Shown: positions 10,247 to 20,735 of the stretch, in pieces
Position numbering within the stretch: the stretch's first letter is position 1
How the letters are laid out: every line of letters begins with the position of its first letter
NCBI GenBank assembly: GCA_016715815.1
Contig: JADJXN010000007.1
Coordinates: 5,549-69,548 of the forward strand
Source of the DNA: Oligoflexia bacterium
GTDB taxonomy: Bacteria; Bdellovibrionota; Bdellovibrionia; JABDDW01
DNA: 64,000 bases
Direction of reading: 5' to 3'
Notes under the pieces: generated by a model
Seen by the model: only the letters and a program-made list of their open reading frames with translations
What the model was told of the DNA's origin: nothing
The model's database searches: none
Translations under genes and position numbers: made by a program

Positions 10247-13200
10247 TGCTTTCTAGCAAATAAGCTGTAAACACAAGGCACAACAATTAAAGTTAAAAAT
10301 GTTGAAACTAAAACCCCACCAATTACAGCAATAGACATGGGCATACGTGTTTCCGCTCCTGGCCCAAGTGATAATGCTGCTGGAAGTGCTCCTGCCATTG
10401 TTGCAAATGAAGTCATAAGAATGGGACGTAGCCTCACAGGGCAGGCTTCAAGTAAAGCCTCACGCACTCGCATACCTTGGTGGCGCATATGATTTGTAAA
10501 TTCAACAAGTAAAATAGAATTTTTTTTAACTATTCCCATTAATAAAATAAGTCCAATCATGCTGTACATATTCACTGATTGATTTGTAATTAATAACGCT
10601 AAAAATGCTCCAGAAATACTAAATGGCAGGGCCACTAAAACTGTGACAGGGTCTTTGTAACTATTAAACTGTGAAGCTAAAACCATATAGGAAATAACAA
10701 CGCCTAAAACAAGTGCAAAAATTAAACTAAAAAATGTTTCTTTAAAAGATTCTGCACTTCCCCCCATGACTATTTTATAATTTGGTGGCAATATTTTTTC
10801 AGAAATTTTTTGAACTGCTGCAATGGCTTCCGACTGAGATTTTCCTGAAACTACGTTTGCATAAACTTTTAAAGCGCGCTGTCTGTTTTCTCTTGAAATA
10901 TATTGCAAACTTGGTTTTTCAGTTACCTCTACAAGTTCAGACAGTTGAACAAGCTCGCCTCTGTTATTTCTAACAAAAAGACTTTTTATTTGCTCCACTC
11001 TTTGCCGTTCAGTCTTTGGAAGGCTTATTGTAATATAATATCTGTGTCCACCTTTAGAGTACCTTTCATTTTGTATACCACCAATCATGGCTTGAATAGT
11101 CTTTGCTATAACACGCACACTTACTCCACGGGCAGCCGTTTTTAACCTGTCAGGCAAAATATCTATTTCAATTTGCCCTTTTTGATAGTCTGAGCCCACA
11201 TCTACCATAAGAGCAGTTTTATTCATTTCATCTACAAATTTTTCAGAATAGTCGACAAGCTTTTCCCACTCCGGTCCCTGAACAGTAAATTCAACAGGAA
11301 AACCATGGCCTGATGCAAAACCTCTCATAGAAAGATCTTGAATAAAAATTTTAGCATCTTTAATTTTTTTAAACTCACCTCTTGCAAAATTCATAAATTC
11401 TTCCTGGGACATTTTTCTTTTATTTGGCGGCGCCATAGTTACAAAAATATTAGCCGTATTAAATTGGCCATTTGGACCAAAACCACCAACGGCTGCATAG
11501 TAGCCAGAAACCTCAGAGCGTGAACTTAAAAACTTTTCAATTTCCAAAACTTTGCCATCTGTAAAACCAAGAGAGGAGCCCGCTGGAGTTTTAATACGCA
11601 TCATGAATTGGCTTTGGTCTTGAGCTGGAACAAATTCTTTTTTTAAAAATTTATTTGAAAAAAGGCTTAATACAAATATTAATAAAGAAGCTCCAACTAC
11701 CCTCCAACGATGATCCAGCGCCCATATCAAAGTGGCTTTATATTTTTCAGTAACAGAATCTACAATTTTATCGATAAATCGTCCAACCTTGCTTCTTTTC
11801 TCAGTTAATGCTGAAAACTGAGAAGCACGCATTGGGGTTAATGTCAGTGCTTCTACTAGAGAGAGTAATACTGCTGCTGTCATTGTCACACCAAATTGGA
11901 AGAAGAATTTTCCAATAACCCCGCTCATAAATGCAACCGGTAAAAAGATGGCCACGATAGCAATTGTAGCGGCAAGAGCTGCAAAGGTGATTTCTTTTGC
12001 ACCATCCGTCGCGGCTGTAATTTTATTTTTTCCCATTTCTTGATGTCTAATAATGTTTTCTAAAACCATAATGGCATCATCAACTACTATTCCAATAGAA
12101 AGGCTTAGTGCCATAAGGGTAAATGTGTTAAGGGTAAAGCCAGAGAAATATAAAATGATAAATGTACCAATAATAGATGTAGGAATAGCTAATAAAATAT
12201 TAAACGTTGAAGTCCATGAACCTAAAAATGCCCAGCATACAAGACCTGTTAAGATGGCTGCTAAAACTAGCGTCATAACAAGCTCATTGACGTTTTCTCT
12301 TATAAACTTTGTACCATCTACTCTGATTTGAAGATTCATTCCCTCAGGCAGTGAAAGCCTTACCGTTTCAAGCTTCTTTTTAACAGCATCTGCCACGGCC
12401 ACAGCATTCGTCCCACGCTGCTTTTTTATTCCAATCCCTACAGCACGCTCACCGTTGGAGCGACTAATGCGTGTTACATCCGAAAGGTCTTCTTCCACCT
12501 TAGCAACTTGCTTTAATAAAATAGTTGTGTAATTAGGCGCACCACCACGGGTATTAATGCGCATGTTTTCAAAATCTTCTACGGTTTTACCTTCGCCTAA
12601 AATTCGCACATTTAGAGCGCTATCCGCTGTTTCTAAATAACCCGCCGGAAGCTCGGCATGTTCTGCCTCAATGGTGTTAATAATGTCATCAACAGTAAGG
12701 TTATAATAATTTAGCTTTTGTTTATCCGGCCAAATGCGCATACTGGGCTCAATGTAACCACCCAGCATTACCTCTCCCACACCCTTAACAGTAGAGAATT
12801 GATCTTTAAGGTGGTCACGCACATAGCTCATCATTTCATAGGGAGAATATTTATTACTTCTAAAAGCAATCCACATAATGGGCATATCTTCAGGATTGGT
12901 TTTATAAATTGTAGGCGTGTCCATTTCTTTTGGCAGATGTCTTTGGGCTTGAGCAATTTTTGTTTGCACTTCTTGGGTTGCCACGTTTATGTCACGGCCC
13001 AATTCAAACTCAATGGAAATACTGGCAGAGCCTAAATAAGATGTGGATTCAATTTTTTTAATTCCCTCAACAGAGCTCACTGCATCTTCAATAATATCAA
13101 CAATATCTGTCTCCATAATCTCTGGAGAAGCACCTTGGTAACTAACAGAAACAGAAACCACAGGAAAATCCACATCGGGCATTTGGCTTATACCCATTCT

Positions 13201-13290
13201 TAAAAAAGAAATGGCTCCAAAAATAATAAGCCCAGACATAAGCATCCAGGCAAAGACAGGGCGTTTTATTGAAATTTCAGATATGGTCAT
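10243..13290 (-). CDS. RND efflux transporter, AcrB/HAE1 family
   Basis: 1015 aa with 12-TM/two large periplasmic loop architecture and typical AcrB N-terminus (MTISEISIKRPVFAWML). Confidence 0.9.
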   Translation of the reverse strand: MTISEISIKRPVFAWMLMSGLIIFGAISFLRMGISQMPDVDFPVVSVSVSYQGASPEIMETDIVDIIEDAVSSVEGIKKIESTSYLGSASISIEFELGRDINVATQEVQTKIAQAQRHLPKEMDTPTIYKTNPEDMPIMWIAFRSNKYSPYEMMSYVRDHLKDQFSTVKGVGEVMLGGYIEPSMRIWPDKQKLNYYNLTVDDIINTIEAEHAELPAGYLETADSALNVRILGEGKTVEDFENMRINTRGGAPNYTTILLKQVAKVEEDLSDVTRISRSNGERAVGIGIKKQRGTNAVAVADAVKKKLETVRLSLPEGMNLQIRVDGTKFIRENVNELVMTLVLAAILTGLVCWAFLGSWTSTFNILLAIPTSIIGTFIILYFSGFTLNTFTLMALSLSIGIVVDDAIMVLENIIRHQEMGKNKITAATDGAKEITFAALAATIAIVAIFLPVAFMSGVIGKFFFQFGVTMTAAVLLSLVEALTLTPMRASQFSALTEKRSKVGRFIDKIVDSVTEKYKATLIWALDHRWRVVGASLLIFVLSLFSNKFLKKEFVPAQDQSQFMMRIKTPAGSSLGFTDGKVLEIEKFLSSRSEVSGYYAAVGGFGPNGQFNTANIFVTMAPPNKRKMSQEEFMNFARGEFKKIKDAKIFIQDLSMRGFASGHGFPVEFTVQGPEWEKLVDYSEKFVDEMNKTALMVDVGSDYQKGQIEIDILPDRLKTAARGVSVRVIAKTIQAMIGGIQNERYSKGGHRYYITISLPKTERQRVEQIKSLFVRNNRGELVQLSELVEVTEKPSLQYISRENRQRALKVYANVVSGKSQSEAIAAVQKISEKILPPNYKIVMGGSAESFKETFFSLIFALVLGVVISYMVLASQFNSYKDPVTVLVALPFSISGAFLALLITNQSVNMYSMIGLILLMGIVKKNSILLVEFTNHMRHQGMRVREALLEACPVRLRPILMTSFATMAGALPAALSLGPGAETRMPMSIAVIGGVLVSTFLTLIVVPCVYSLFARKH

Positions 13291-13967
13291 AGTGCTAAGG
13301 CGCCACCTAGTTGTACTACATAGTTGTCGTTATTAAGTCTTTTGTATTGTAAATTCATCTCTGCTTCATTGCGCGAGTTTAAAATTCCTATTTTATTTAA
13401 ACTGAATGCCACACCCAAGGCGGCGGCTCCATAACTGTAAGAAATAGAAGTATTATACTCCTCAAGACCGCGCTGAAAATAAATCCAATTTTCATAGGTT
13501 AAATTTAAGTAGGGCATCACTGCTTGAGTAGATGTGTATTGGCCACGATAGCTAATTCCCACATTTAATGGCAAAATATGTAGCACCGTTGAGGTTAGTG
13601 CTTGCTCATGTTGTGAGTAGGAATAACCCACTGATGCAAGCCAACCCAATCTGCCAAAATTATTAAATAGGTAGTGGTTAAATTGGTAATTAAGCATGGC
13701 AATATTATTATTAAATGCATAATTAATAGTATTCCCGTGGGCTTCAAAACTCATTGGTTTTAGTTTTGCAAAACCTGCCAATAAATTTATTTGAAAGTTA
13801 GCTTCTGTTTTTTTTTGCTGAACACTTAGCTCTTCTTGGAGTTTTAATTCAGAAGTTTCTCTTACAATGTCAGCCTGCTCTCCAATAGGAATTTCAAAAT
13901 CTTTATCAGGAGCTGCCATACAAATTGATGAAAAAATAAAGGTAAAAATAAAAGTTTTAGTTTGCAT
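13287..13967 (-). CDS. hypothetical outer-membrane beta-barrel-like protein
   Basis: Signal peptide plus alternating aromatic/polar strands, Y/F-rich, C-terminal ...GGALAL; not an MFP. Confidence 0.35.
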   Translation of the reverse strand: MQTKTFIFTFIFSSICMAAPDKDFEIPIGEQADIVRETSELKLQEELSVQQKKTEANFQINLLAGFAKLKPMSFEAHGNTINYAFNNNIAMLNYQFNHYLFNNFGRLGWLASVGYSYSQHEQALTSTVLHILPLNVGISYRGQYTSTQAVMPYLNLTYENWIYFQRGLEEYNTSISYSYGAAALGVAFSLNKIGILNSRNEAEMNLQYKRLNNDNYVVQLGGALAL

Positions 13968-15261
13968 AAGCCTTCTCCAAATCTATTCCCATATATTGGC
14001 GTAACTGCAAAAGAGTTTGCAGGTAACTAAACTGGGAGTTAATAAATAATTTTTCTGCCTCATAGCGAGTGCGCTGTAAATTTACTACATCTTGGCTTGA
14101 AGCCACCCCTTGCTTATATGCCTTATTTGCCAAATCTAAAGCCACACGCGCCTCTTTAACAGAAGTTTGCGCAAGATCTAGTTGAGATTTTGTTGAATTA
14201 AGCGAGTGCAAAGCATTTTCTAAATTGGCACGCAAGGTGTCCTTTGCAATTTGTAGATCTTTTTCTGCTTGATATTTTTTCTCAGCATACTGACTTCTTT
14301 TTGACAAAGAAGAAAGCCCAGAAAAAAGTGGAACAGTTAAGCTTACACCTACAGAATAATACTGAGAGTTTGAATTAAACATATTAGCTGTATCCGGAGA
14401 CTGATACCCCCCCGTTCCAGTTAAATATAAACTTGGTAAATCTGCGGCTAAATCAATTCCTTCAGAATATTCAACTTGCTCTAATTTTAACTGTGCAGAT
14501 CTAATATCTGGGTTATCTTTAAGAGCTAATCCAAAAGCTGTTTCAAGACTAATTTTATTTATTGGGCTAATCACTGTTTGAAACTGAGCCTTTAATTCTC
14601 TGTCATTACTTTCACCTAAAAGTTTATTTAAATTAGAAAGGGCATTTTTTGTATTATTTTGAGCCGTCTCAAAATCTGCTAGAGAGAGTGTGTAGTTAAC
14701 TTTAGCTTGAAGCTGGTCCATTTTTCTTGTACGGCCAATGCGCTCATACTGAGTTGTAATATCAACATAGGCTTTTAGCACTTGCTTGTTGGACTGTGCT
14801 GCATCTAAAAGTTGTTGGGTTTGGGCCAAGCTATAAAAACCAGTTACTAAATTATAAACAGCACTTTGTTTGGTGCTAAAATAACTCTGTGTTGCTATGT
14901 CTTCTGCTGATTTATAATAACTAAGCCCATTTGTTAAAAGCCCACTTGTGTAAAGTGGCTGGCTAAGAGTTAAACCAAGTTTATAAGTATTAGCATTTAA
15001 TGCTGAAGATAAAGAGCTGGAGCTACCCGTTGTAAATGTGGCACTTCTTTGCTCATTGGTAAATGAGCCCACACCATTTATAGTGGGAAAGAGAGAGCCA
15101 CGGTTTTTTGATGTTTCCGCCTCTGCCCCTTTAATTTGTGATTTTGCTTTTTTAATTTCAACACTGTAATCAATGCCTTTTTTTAATGCCTCTTTCATAG
15201 TAAGAGGGGCTGGTGCTGCAAAAACAAAGCTGTTAATAAAAATTAAAAAAACTAGTTTCAT
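13957..15261 (-). CDS. TolC-family outer membrane efflux protein
   Basis: 434 aa with signal peptide and two internal repeats of the coiled-coil/beta-barrel pattern typical of the OEP family. Confidence 0.75.
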   Translation of the reverse strand: MKLVFLIFINSFVFAAPAPLTMKEALKKGIDYSVEIKKAKSQIKGAEAETSKNRGSLFPTINGVGSFTNEQRSATFTTGSSSSLSSALNANTYKLGLTLSQPLYTSGLLTNGLSYYKSAEDIATQSYFSTKQSAVYNLVTGFYSLAQTQQLLDAAQSNKQVLKAYVDITTQYERIGRTRKMDQLQAKVNYTLSLADFETAQNNTKNALSNLNKLLGESNDRELKAQFQTVISPINKISLETAFGLALKDNPDIRSAQLKLEQVEYSEGIDLAADLPSLYLTGTGGYQSPDTANMFNSNSQYYSVGVSLTVPLFSGLSSLSKRSQYAEKKYQAEKDLQIAKDTLRANLENALHSLNSTKSQLDLAQTSVKEARVALDLANKAYKQGVASSQDVVNLQRTRYEAEKLFINSQFSYLQTLLQLRQYMGIDLEKAYAN

Positions 15262-15788
15262 TTTACTCTATAAACGTCAAGGTATCCGCTAAAGGGGTTG
15301 GCACTGTAAACCTCGCCAAATACATGGTCTCCCTCAACTGTTAAATGTAATGTGATCTGATTTCCCACCCCTTGAGCAGAATGGGTAGTTAATCTTTTTT
15401 TAGCAGGTTCATAGATAGCAGCTTCAAAACTTCCAACGGGTATGTACCTTGGCTCAACCACTTTATTTTTTTTAAAACACTGCCCTCTATTCATACATGC
15501 CAAAAGGCTTCCCTTTATAACTGGAATCCCTTCAGTTTTCATCTGCCCTGGGTCTGGTAAAATATACTTTGAAGTAAAAAGTCTTAAAGACACATCCGTA
15601 ATGGTGCCATCAAACCTTGTCACTGTTCCAAAATAAGTTCCCTCAAGAGTTTGAATTTTTTTTAATTCATCAAGGGCATATTGATCAGTCTGGTCTTCAA
15701 ATTTTTGCTTGGCAGTTTTTTCTGGCCCACAGGAACCTAATAAGAAGGAAGTCAAAATTAAAAAACTAAAAACACGTCCCATAAACAC
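15258..15788 (-). CDS. hypothetical lipoprotein
   Basis: Lipobox LLGSC after the signal peptide. Confidence 0.4.
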   Translation of the reverse strand: MFMGRVFSFLILTSFLLGSCGPEKTAKQKFEDQTDQYALDELKKIQTLEGTYFGTVTRFDGTITDVSLRLFTSKYILPDPGQMKTEGIPVIKGSLLACMNRGQCFKKNKVVEPRYIPVGSFEAAIYEPAKKRLTTHSAQGVGNQITLHLTVEGDHVFGEVYSANPFSGYLDVYRVK

Positions 15789-15853
15789 CCCTTTAAACTA
15801 AAACTTAAACTACTAAAAAAGCCTTAGTTAATCAATAAATTGCTGCTTAGGGC

Positions 15854-18424
15854 CTAAGTAAGTTCTTTGGTTTTGTCTAAACGGTCTAATCTCTCTATAA
15901 GCTTTAAATTCTGCTCAGAGAGTTTTTCAATACGCTCATTAAGCTCTTTAAGTTCAGATGGCTTATTTTGCTCAGCCCTAATTTGATGAGCCGCTCTAAA
16001 CGCCTGGGCCTTAAAGTGCCCATCTATTACCCTATGGGCCACCCCTTCAAGGGCAGAAACTGCATGGTTTTCTTTTCTTGCCACTAAAGCTTCAATGGCC
16101 GCTCGCTTTGCCCCCAAGTAGGGGTCATCTAATGTTTCAACTAAAAGCTCTCTCACTTCTGGCTTTTCCCATGCCACATGGCCTAAGCCTAAAATGGCAT
16201 TAGCTCTTGCATATTTAGGTGCCCCATAGCGCGCCCCTTGCACAAATAGATTATGTGCTTTTTCATCATAAAGATTTGCTAGCCCTGCATAGGCTTGGGC
16301 CGTCACATAATCACGCCAAGATTTTATTTGAGTTGCTGATTTTAATTTATCAAATGCTTTTTGATTTTTTGTTTTACCAAGCGCACTACAAGCTGCCCCT
16401 TTTACAAATATGTTTTTATCACTATCAATTCGCTCAATAAGTGCATCAGCAGCCTTTTGGCTTTTAAAGCTTCCCAAGGCTTTACAAATTTTAGCTCTTA
16501 CTTTTGCTTTTTTCTCCTCACTTAATGCGCTTAATAATGCGCGCTCTGCAGTTTGCGTTTTAGTTTTTGCAAGCGCTAATGCAGCCTCAGCTCTTACACC
16601 CCAAAACGGATCTTTTTTAAGACTAGATTCCATAATCTCAACAGCATCAAGGCTTGGCTCTTTTGCTAAATTTTTTAGGGCCCAAATTTTTCCAACAACA
16701 TCGTCATCGTTTTCAAGTTGGGCTTTAATCATATCTTGTGGAATAGCCCACTCAAGCTTTTTAAGAAGATGGTTGCCTCTATCAAAAATAAAATACTGGG
16801 GTTTTTCTTTAAGAGAAAAATAAAATGTCTGCTCAGCTTGGGTAATATTTAAATTCATTACCTCTTTACTTTTATCTTTATAAACAAATTCCACTGCAGT
16901 TTTAAGCTCAAAAATGCTCACATTATTTTCAGGCTTTTGCTTTTGCTCCACTTTTATTTGAGCTAAATTTTTCTTTTCATCCCACTGATAACTTATTTTT
17001 AAATCCGGAAAGCCTGCTTTATAAACCCATTGGTCAAAAAACTTCTGCAGACTTTCACCGCTAACTGCTTCAAAGGCTCTTTGAAAATCAACGGTTTCAA
17101 CAACTCCACCCTTATGAGTGTCTAGGTATTTTTTTGTAGCAGCCCAAAAATCTGTATCACCTACATGGGCTTTAAGAGTTTGTAAAACAAGGCCTGCTTT
17201 TTGGTAAGTATGCCTATCCCACACCTCTGCCGGGTCTGCGTAATAATTTGTAACTATGGGGCGCCTGAATTCTGCATCCTCATCAAAATAAACATTTAAA
17301 TCTTCATAACGGTAGTAATCAGCCTCATCTTTTCCCATATCTTGTTCTTTAAAAACATATTCCATAAATGTGGCCCAACCCTCATTTAGCCAACCATGGG
17401 ACCAGTGCTTGCAAGTGACTAAATCCCCGAACCATTGATGGGCTAGTTCATGGGCCACCAAATCATCACTGGTAAAATCTTCTTCTATTTCAAGTGGGTG
17501 CAATGTTGCATCAGTTTGTGTTGTGGCAGAGGTATTTTCCATTCCGCCAAATACAAATTCACTTACGGCAATTTGTGCGTATTTTTCATATGGGTAATCT
17601 ACACCTATTTTTTGACTAAAAAATTCTAGCATCTTTGGTGTTTTGCCAAAACTTACTTTAGCCTCTGCCTCACGCCCCTTTTCCACAAGATAGGTGACAG
17701 CCTTACCACGCCAATCATCTTTAATTTCAGAAAATTTACCAACGGTAAGTGTAACTAAATATGCTGGAAGCAAAAACTGAGTCTTCCAATGAAAACTCCA
17801 CACCTTTCCACCGCGCACTTCAGAGTGCAATGCACCGTTAGAGGTGGCTATATAACCAGCAGGAACTTCAATTTTTAAATCAAAAGCAAATTTAATTCCC
17901 GGCTCGTCAAAACAGGGGAACCAGTATCTTGCGTCATCATCTTGACCTTGGGTCCACACTTGTGTGGGCCTGTCTGGGTAAGCCTCATCTGGTTTAATAA
18001 AATAAATTCCCGCTCTTGGTTTATGAGCTGTATAGACAATTTTAATTTGCCCTTGGTCACCTCTGAGCATTTTATTTGGTAAATGGACAACTACATATTG
18101 TGGCTCTATTTCAAATTGAACGGGGTTAAATTGCCCGCGCAAAGTAAATTGCACATCATGAATTTTTAATTCACAGGCATTAATTTTTACTTTTTGTACT
18201 TCCTTTTGCACCACTTTAAAATCAATGGTGGCCACACCAGATAATTCTTCTTTATCAATATTTAAACTTAGCTCTAAAGACTCATGAAAGGGTAAAACAG
18301 GTCTGTCTTCACTGTACTGAGTTTGCGCCCAAGAAAATGTGTAGGCATTACTATCTGAGCTCTGTCTCCTATTTCCTCTATGGGCTCGGCACTGGCATCC
18401 CAAAAAATCTTTTAAGCTTTGCAT
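15854..18424 (-). CDS. aminopeptidase N (M1 family) with C-terminal HEAT repeats
   Basis: GGMEN exopeptidase motif and the zinc motif HELAHQWFG...E; C-terminal HEAT/PBS-lyase-like repeats; the true start may be downstream of the track start. Confidence 0.85.
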   Translation of the reverse strand: MQSLKDFLGCQCRAHRGNRRQSSDSNAYTFSWAQTQYSEDRPVLPFHESLELSLNIDKEELSGVATIDFKVVQKEVQKVKINACELKIHDVQFTLRGQFNPVQFEIEPQYVVVHLPNKMLRGDQGQIKIVYTAHKPRAGIYFIKPDEAYPDRPTQVWTQGQDDDARYWFPCFDEPGIKFAFDLKIEVPAGYIATSNGALHSEVRGGKVWSFHWKTQFLLPAYLVTLTVGKFSEIKDDWRGKAVTYLVEKGREAEAKVSFGKTPKMLEFFSQKIGVDYPYEKYAQIAVSEFVFGGMENTSATTQTDATLHPLEIEEDFTSDDLVAHELAHQWFGDLVTCKHWSHGWLNEGWATFMEYVFKEQDMGKDEADYYRYEDLNVYFDEDAEFRRPIVTNYYADPAEVWDRHTYQKAGLVLQTLKAHVGDTDFWAATKKYLDTHKGGVVETVDFQRAFEAVSGESLQKFFDQWVYKAGFPDLKISYQWDEKKNLAQIKVEQKQKPENNVSIFELKTAVEFVYKDKSKEVMNLNITQAEQTFYFSLKEKPQYFIFDRGNHLLKKLEWAIPQDMIKAQLENDDDVVGKIWALKNLAKEPSLDAVEIMESSLKKDPFWGVRAEAALALAKTKTQTAERALLSALSEEKKAKVRAKICKALGSFKSQKAADALIERIDSDKNIFVKGAACSALGKTKNQKAFDKLKSATQIKSWRDYVTAQAYAGLANLYDEKAHNLFVQGARYGAPKYARANAILGLGHVAWEKPEVRELLVETLDDPYLGAKRAAIEALVARKENHAVSALEGVAHRVIDGHFKAQAFRAAHQIRAEQNKPSELKELNERIEKLSEQNLKLIERLDRLDKTKELT

Positions 18425-19468
18425 TTATTTTAAAACCCCACGCTTTACTTGATCCCTTTCAATGGCTTCAAAAAGTGCTTTAAAATTACCCTCTCCAAAA
18501 CCTTTATTACCTGCACGTTGAATTACTTCAAAAAAGAATGGTCCCACCGTGTTTTCCGAGAATATTTGAAGAAGATACCCTGAGGCATCTCCATCAACTA
18601 AAATGCGGTGTTTTTTAAGCTCATTAAGATCTTCTTTTATACCTTTAACTCTTTTTGGCACTTCATCGTAATATGTATCTGGAACATCTAAAAAAGGTTG
18701 GCCTGTTTTTTTAAGCGCCGGTAGAGTTTCTAAAATATTAGCCGTTGTTAGTGCTAAATGCTGAACCCCAGGGCCATTATTTGAATCAAGGTATTCTTGA
18801 ATTTGGCTTAGCTTTTCAGTGGGCTCATTCACTGGAATTTTAACTGTTCCCTCATCATTTTCTAAAACTTTACTTACAAGACCTGTGCGCCCTGTTGTTA
18901 TATGGAAAAACCTTGTTACTTTAAAATCAAAAACTTTTGCGTAAAAATCAGCCCACTTTTCCATGGAGCCTTTTTCTACATTGCAGGTTAAATGGTCCAC
19001 GGCAAACATACCCAAGCCAAATGGCTCAGGGGCTTTTTGCTTAAATTCATTATCAACAAAATCTGTGTTTTTACGTGAAATAAATGTGTGAGTAACATTC
19101 CCCATAGCACAAATTTGGGCCATTTCAACTTCCCCACCACCTAGTTTATGTTTTACGGCATCTTGATTTTTTTTAGCTCCTCGTTTGACTGCCTCTGCTA
19201 ACGCCGCTCCCGCATCTTTAACTTCAAATCTTACGTCACAAATTCCATCCCCATGCTTTTCTACAAATTTAGCTGCATAGCTTGATGGGTTAATTGGTTT
19301 TGTTAAAAATGCTTTTATTTTACCCTGCACCCAAAGTTGTTTAGCTTCATTTTTAGTTTCTAAATCTGCTATTTTTTCAAAACCCCAATTTTTAAGCTGT
19401 TTTATGCGTGGATTAAAATCTTTTACTGCAAACTCAACAGCATCAACTCCGTATAATTTTATACTCAT
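18425..19468 (-). CDS. hppD: 4-hydroxyphenylpyruvate dioxygenase
   Basis: 347 aa with two VOC-fold modules and typical HPPD sequence (GVQHLALTT, NFKALFEAIE). Confidence 0.8.
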   Translation of the reverse strand: MSIKLYGVDAVEFAVKDFNPRIKQLKNWGFEKIADLETKNEAKQLWVQGKIKAFLTKPINPSSYAAKFVEKHGDGICDVRFEVKDAGAALAEAVKRGAKKNQDAVKHKLGGGEVEMAQICAMGNVTHTFISRKNTDFVDNEFKQKAPEPFGLGMFAVDHLTCNVEKGSMEKWADFYAKVFDFKVTRFFHITTGRTGLVSKVLENDEGTVKIPVNEPTEKLSQIQEYLDSNNGPGVQHLALTTANILETLPALKKTGQPFLDVPDTYYDEVPKRVKGIKEDLNELKKHRILVDGDASGYLLQIFSENTVGPFFFEVIQRAGNKGFGEGNFKALFEAIERDQVKRGVLK

Positions 19469-19555
19469 ATATTATTCCTCCTTAAAACGCGTTTAGTTTA
19501 GACCCAAAACTTCACAGTTGCAATGAGTCATTGGAGCTGATACTTTTGGCGCACT

Positions 19556-20155
19556 ATGCAAGCGTCATTTGAAAATCAAATCCTCCAAATTGCCGCTCTG
19601 GGCACATGGTGCATCGTTACAGGAGAACCTATGCAAAAGCCTCTGGAGCCAATAAATGATCCTCGTTGGGAGGAAAAATCTGGCGTTTTTGTTACTTTAA
19701 AAAATGGCTTATCGGTGCGCGGCTCAGTGGGTATGCTTGAATCAAGCACCTCTTTGCAAGAAACACTTTTTGATGCTGGCCAATCTGCTGCCACACATGA
19801 CCATAGATTTACCCCTGTTAGCCAAGATGAGATTGAAAATTTAAGTATAGAAGTTACTTTAATTAATAATTCTCAAAAAATTAAAACCCCCAATGAACTG
19901 CTCATAGGCTCTCACGGGCTTGTTGTTTCAAAGGGTGATAAGCGCTCAGTCATGCTTCCTCAAGTAGCTATTGAAAAGGGCTGGAGTGCTGTGGAATTTT
20001 TAGAGGCCACCTGTGAAAAAGCCGGCCTAAAACATGATGACTGGAGAGACCCCAATACCCTTGTTGAAGTTTTTGACTGCCAAAGCTTTCAAAGCACTTC
20101 AGTTGTTGAAATTATTAAGGAGTTTATTTCTTCGCCTTCGTTTAAGCTACACTAA
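19556..20155 (+). CDS. AMMECR1-domain protein
   Basis: 199 aa with an LSVRGSVGM region resembling the AMMECR1 LRGCIG core (Cys to Ser). Confidence 0.45.
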   Translation: MQASFENQILQIAALGTWCIVTGEPMQKPLEPINDPRWEEKSGVFVTLKNGLSVRGSVGMLESSTSLQETLFDAGQSAATHDHRFTPVSQDEIENLSIEVTLINNSQKIKTPNELLIGSHGLVVSKGDKRSVMLPQVAIEKGWSAVEFLEATCEKAGLKHDDWRDPNTLVEVFDCQSFQSTSVVEIIKEFISSPSFKLH

Positions 20156-20157
20156 GG

Positions 20158-20652
20158 TTACTGGCAATTCGCTAAATGCATAAAGTTTTGAGTGCCAATA
20201 ATTTCTTTGTACATTGCTCTATCAATTGAAGTGTCTTCGCTGCTTGCAACAACCTCAATGCGATAAGATTTTCTAGGAAGATTATATTTAATTGTATCAA
20301 TGGTGTTTTCTACAACGTATACGTTTGAAATTCCAAAATCTTTCATACCTGTTTTAGGATTAATTTTATAGCAATTAAAGTAGCTCCCATCCTCATCATT
20401 TGTGCGTAAAATCTCACAGCTATCTACTTTAGCTTTAATAAAAGTTTCAACAACATCCCGAGAAGTTCTGTTAAAGGCAGCCACTGTAACGTTAAAACCA
20501 CTGGTATCTTTAAAAATTTCAAGACGCAAATAGCTGCCTGTTGGTTCTTTGGGGTGAGTCGCACAGCTCATAATTTCTGTTGTTGTTGTAGGCTCATCAG
20601 AAAAAGCCGGAAAAGAAACCAAAACTAGAGCTGCTAATAAAAGATATTTCAT
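20158..20652 (-). CDS. hypothetical secreted protein
   Basis: Signal peptide (LVSFPAFS); no known domain. Confidence 0.35.
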   Translation of the reverse strand: MKYLLLAALVLVSFPAFSDEPTTTTEIMSCATHPKEPTGSYLRLEIFKDTSGFNVTVAAFNRTSRDVVETFIKAKVDSCEILRTNDEDGSYFNCYKINPKTGMKDFGISNVYVVENTIDTIKYNLPRKSYRIEVVASSEDTSIDRAMYKEIIGTQNFMHLANCQ

Positions 20653-20691
20653 GAAATCCCCCCTGTAATAAAATTTTATACTTAAACGCTA

Positions 20692-20735
20692 GCGCAAAAA
20701 AAAGCGGGTGGCAAGCTTTAGGCTCTACCACCCGC
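20692..20735 (-). terminator. rho-independent terminator of rnpB
   Basis: On the minus strand GCGGGUGGUAGAGCCUAAAGCUUGCCACCCGC followed by U8. Confidence 0.6.

Noticed and set aside
13287-13967. Calling the 226-aa protein the missing RND membrane fusion protein
   Set aside because: It has no lipoyl/alpha-hairpin/beta-barrel MFP signatures and is too short. Its alternating aromatic beta-strand pattern and C-terminal aromatic-rich end look like an outer-membrane beta-barrel.
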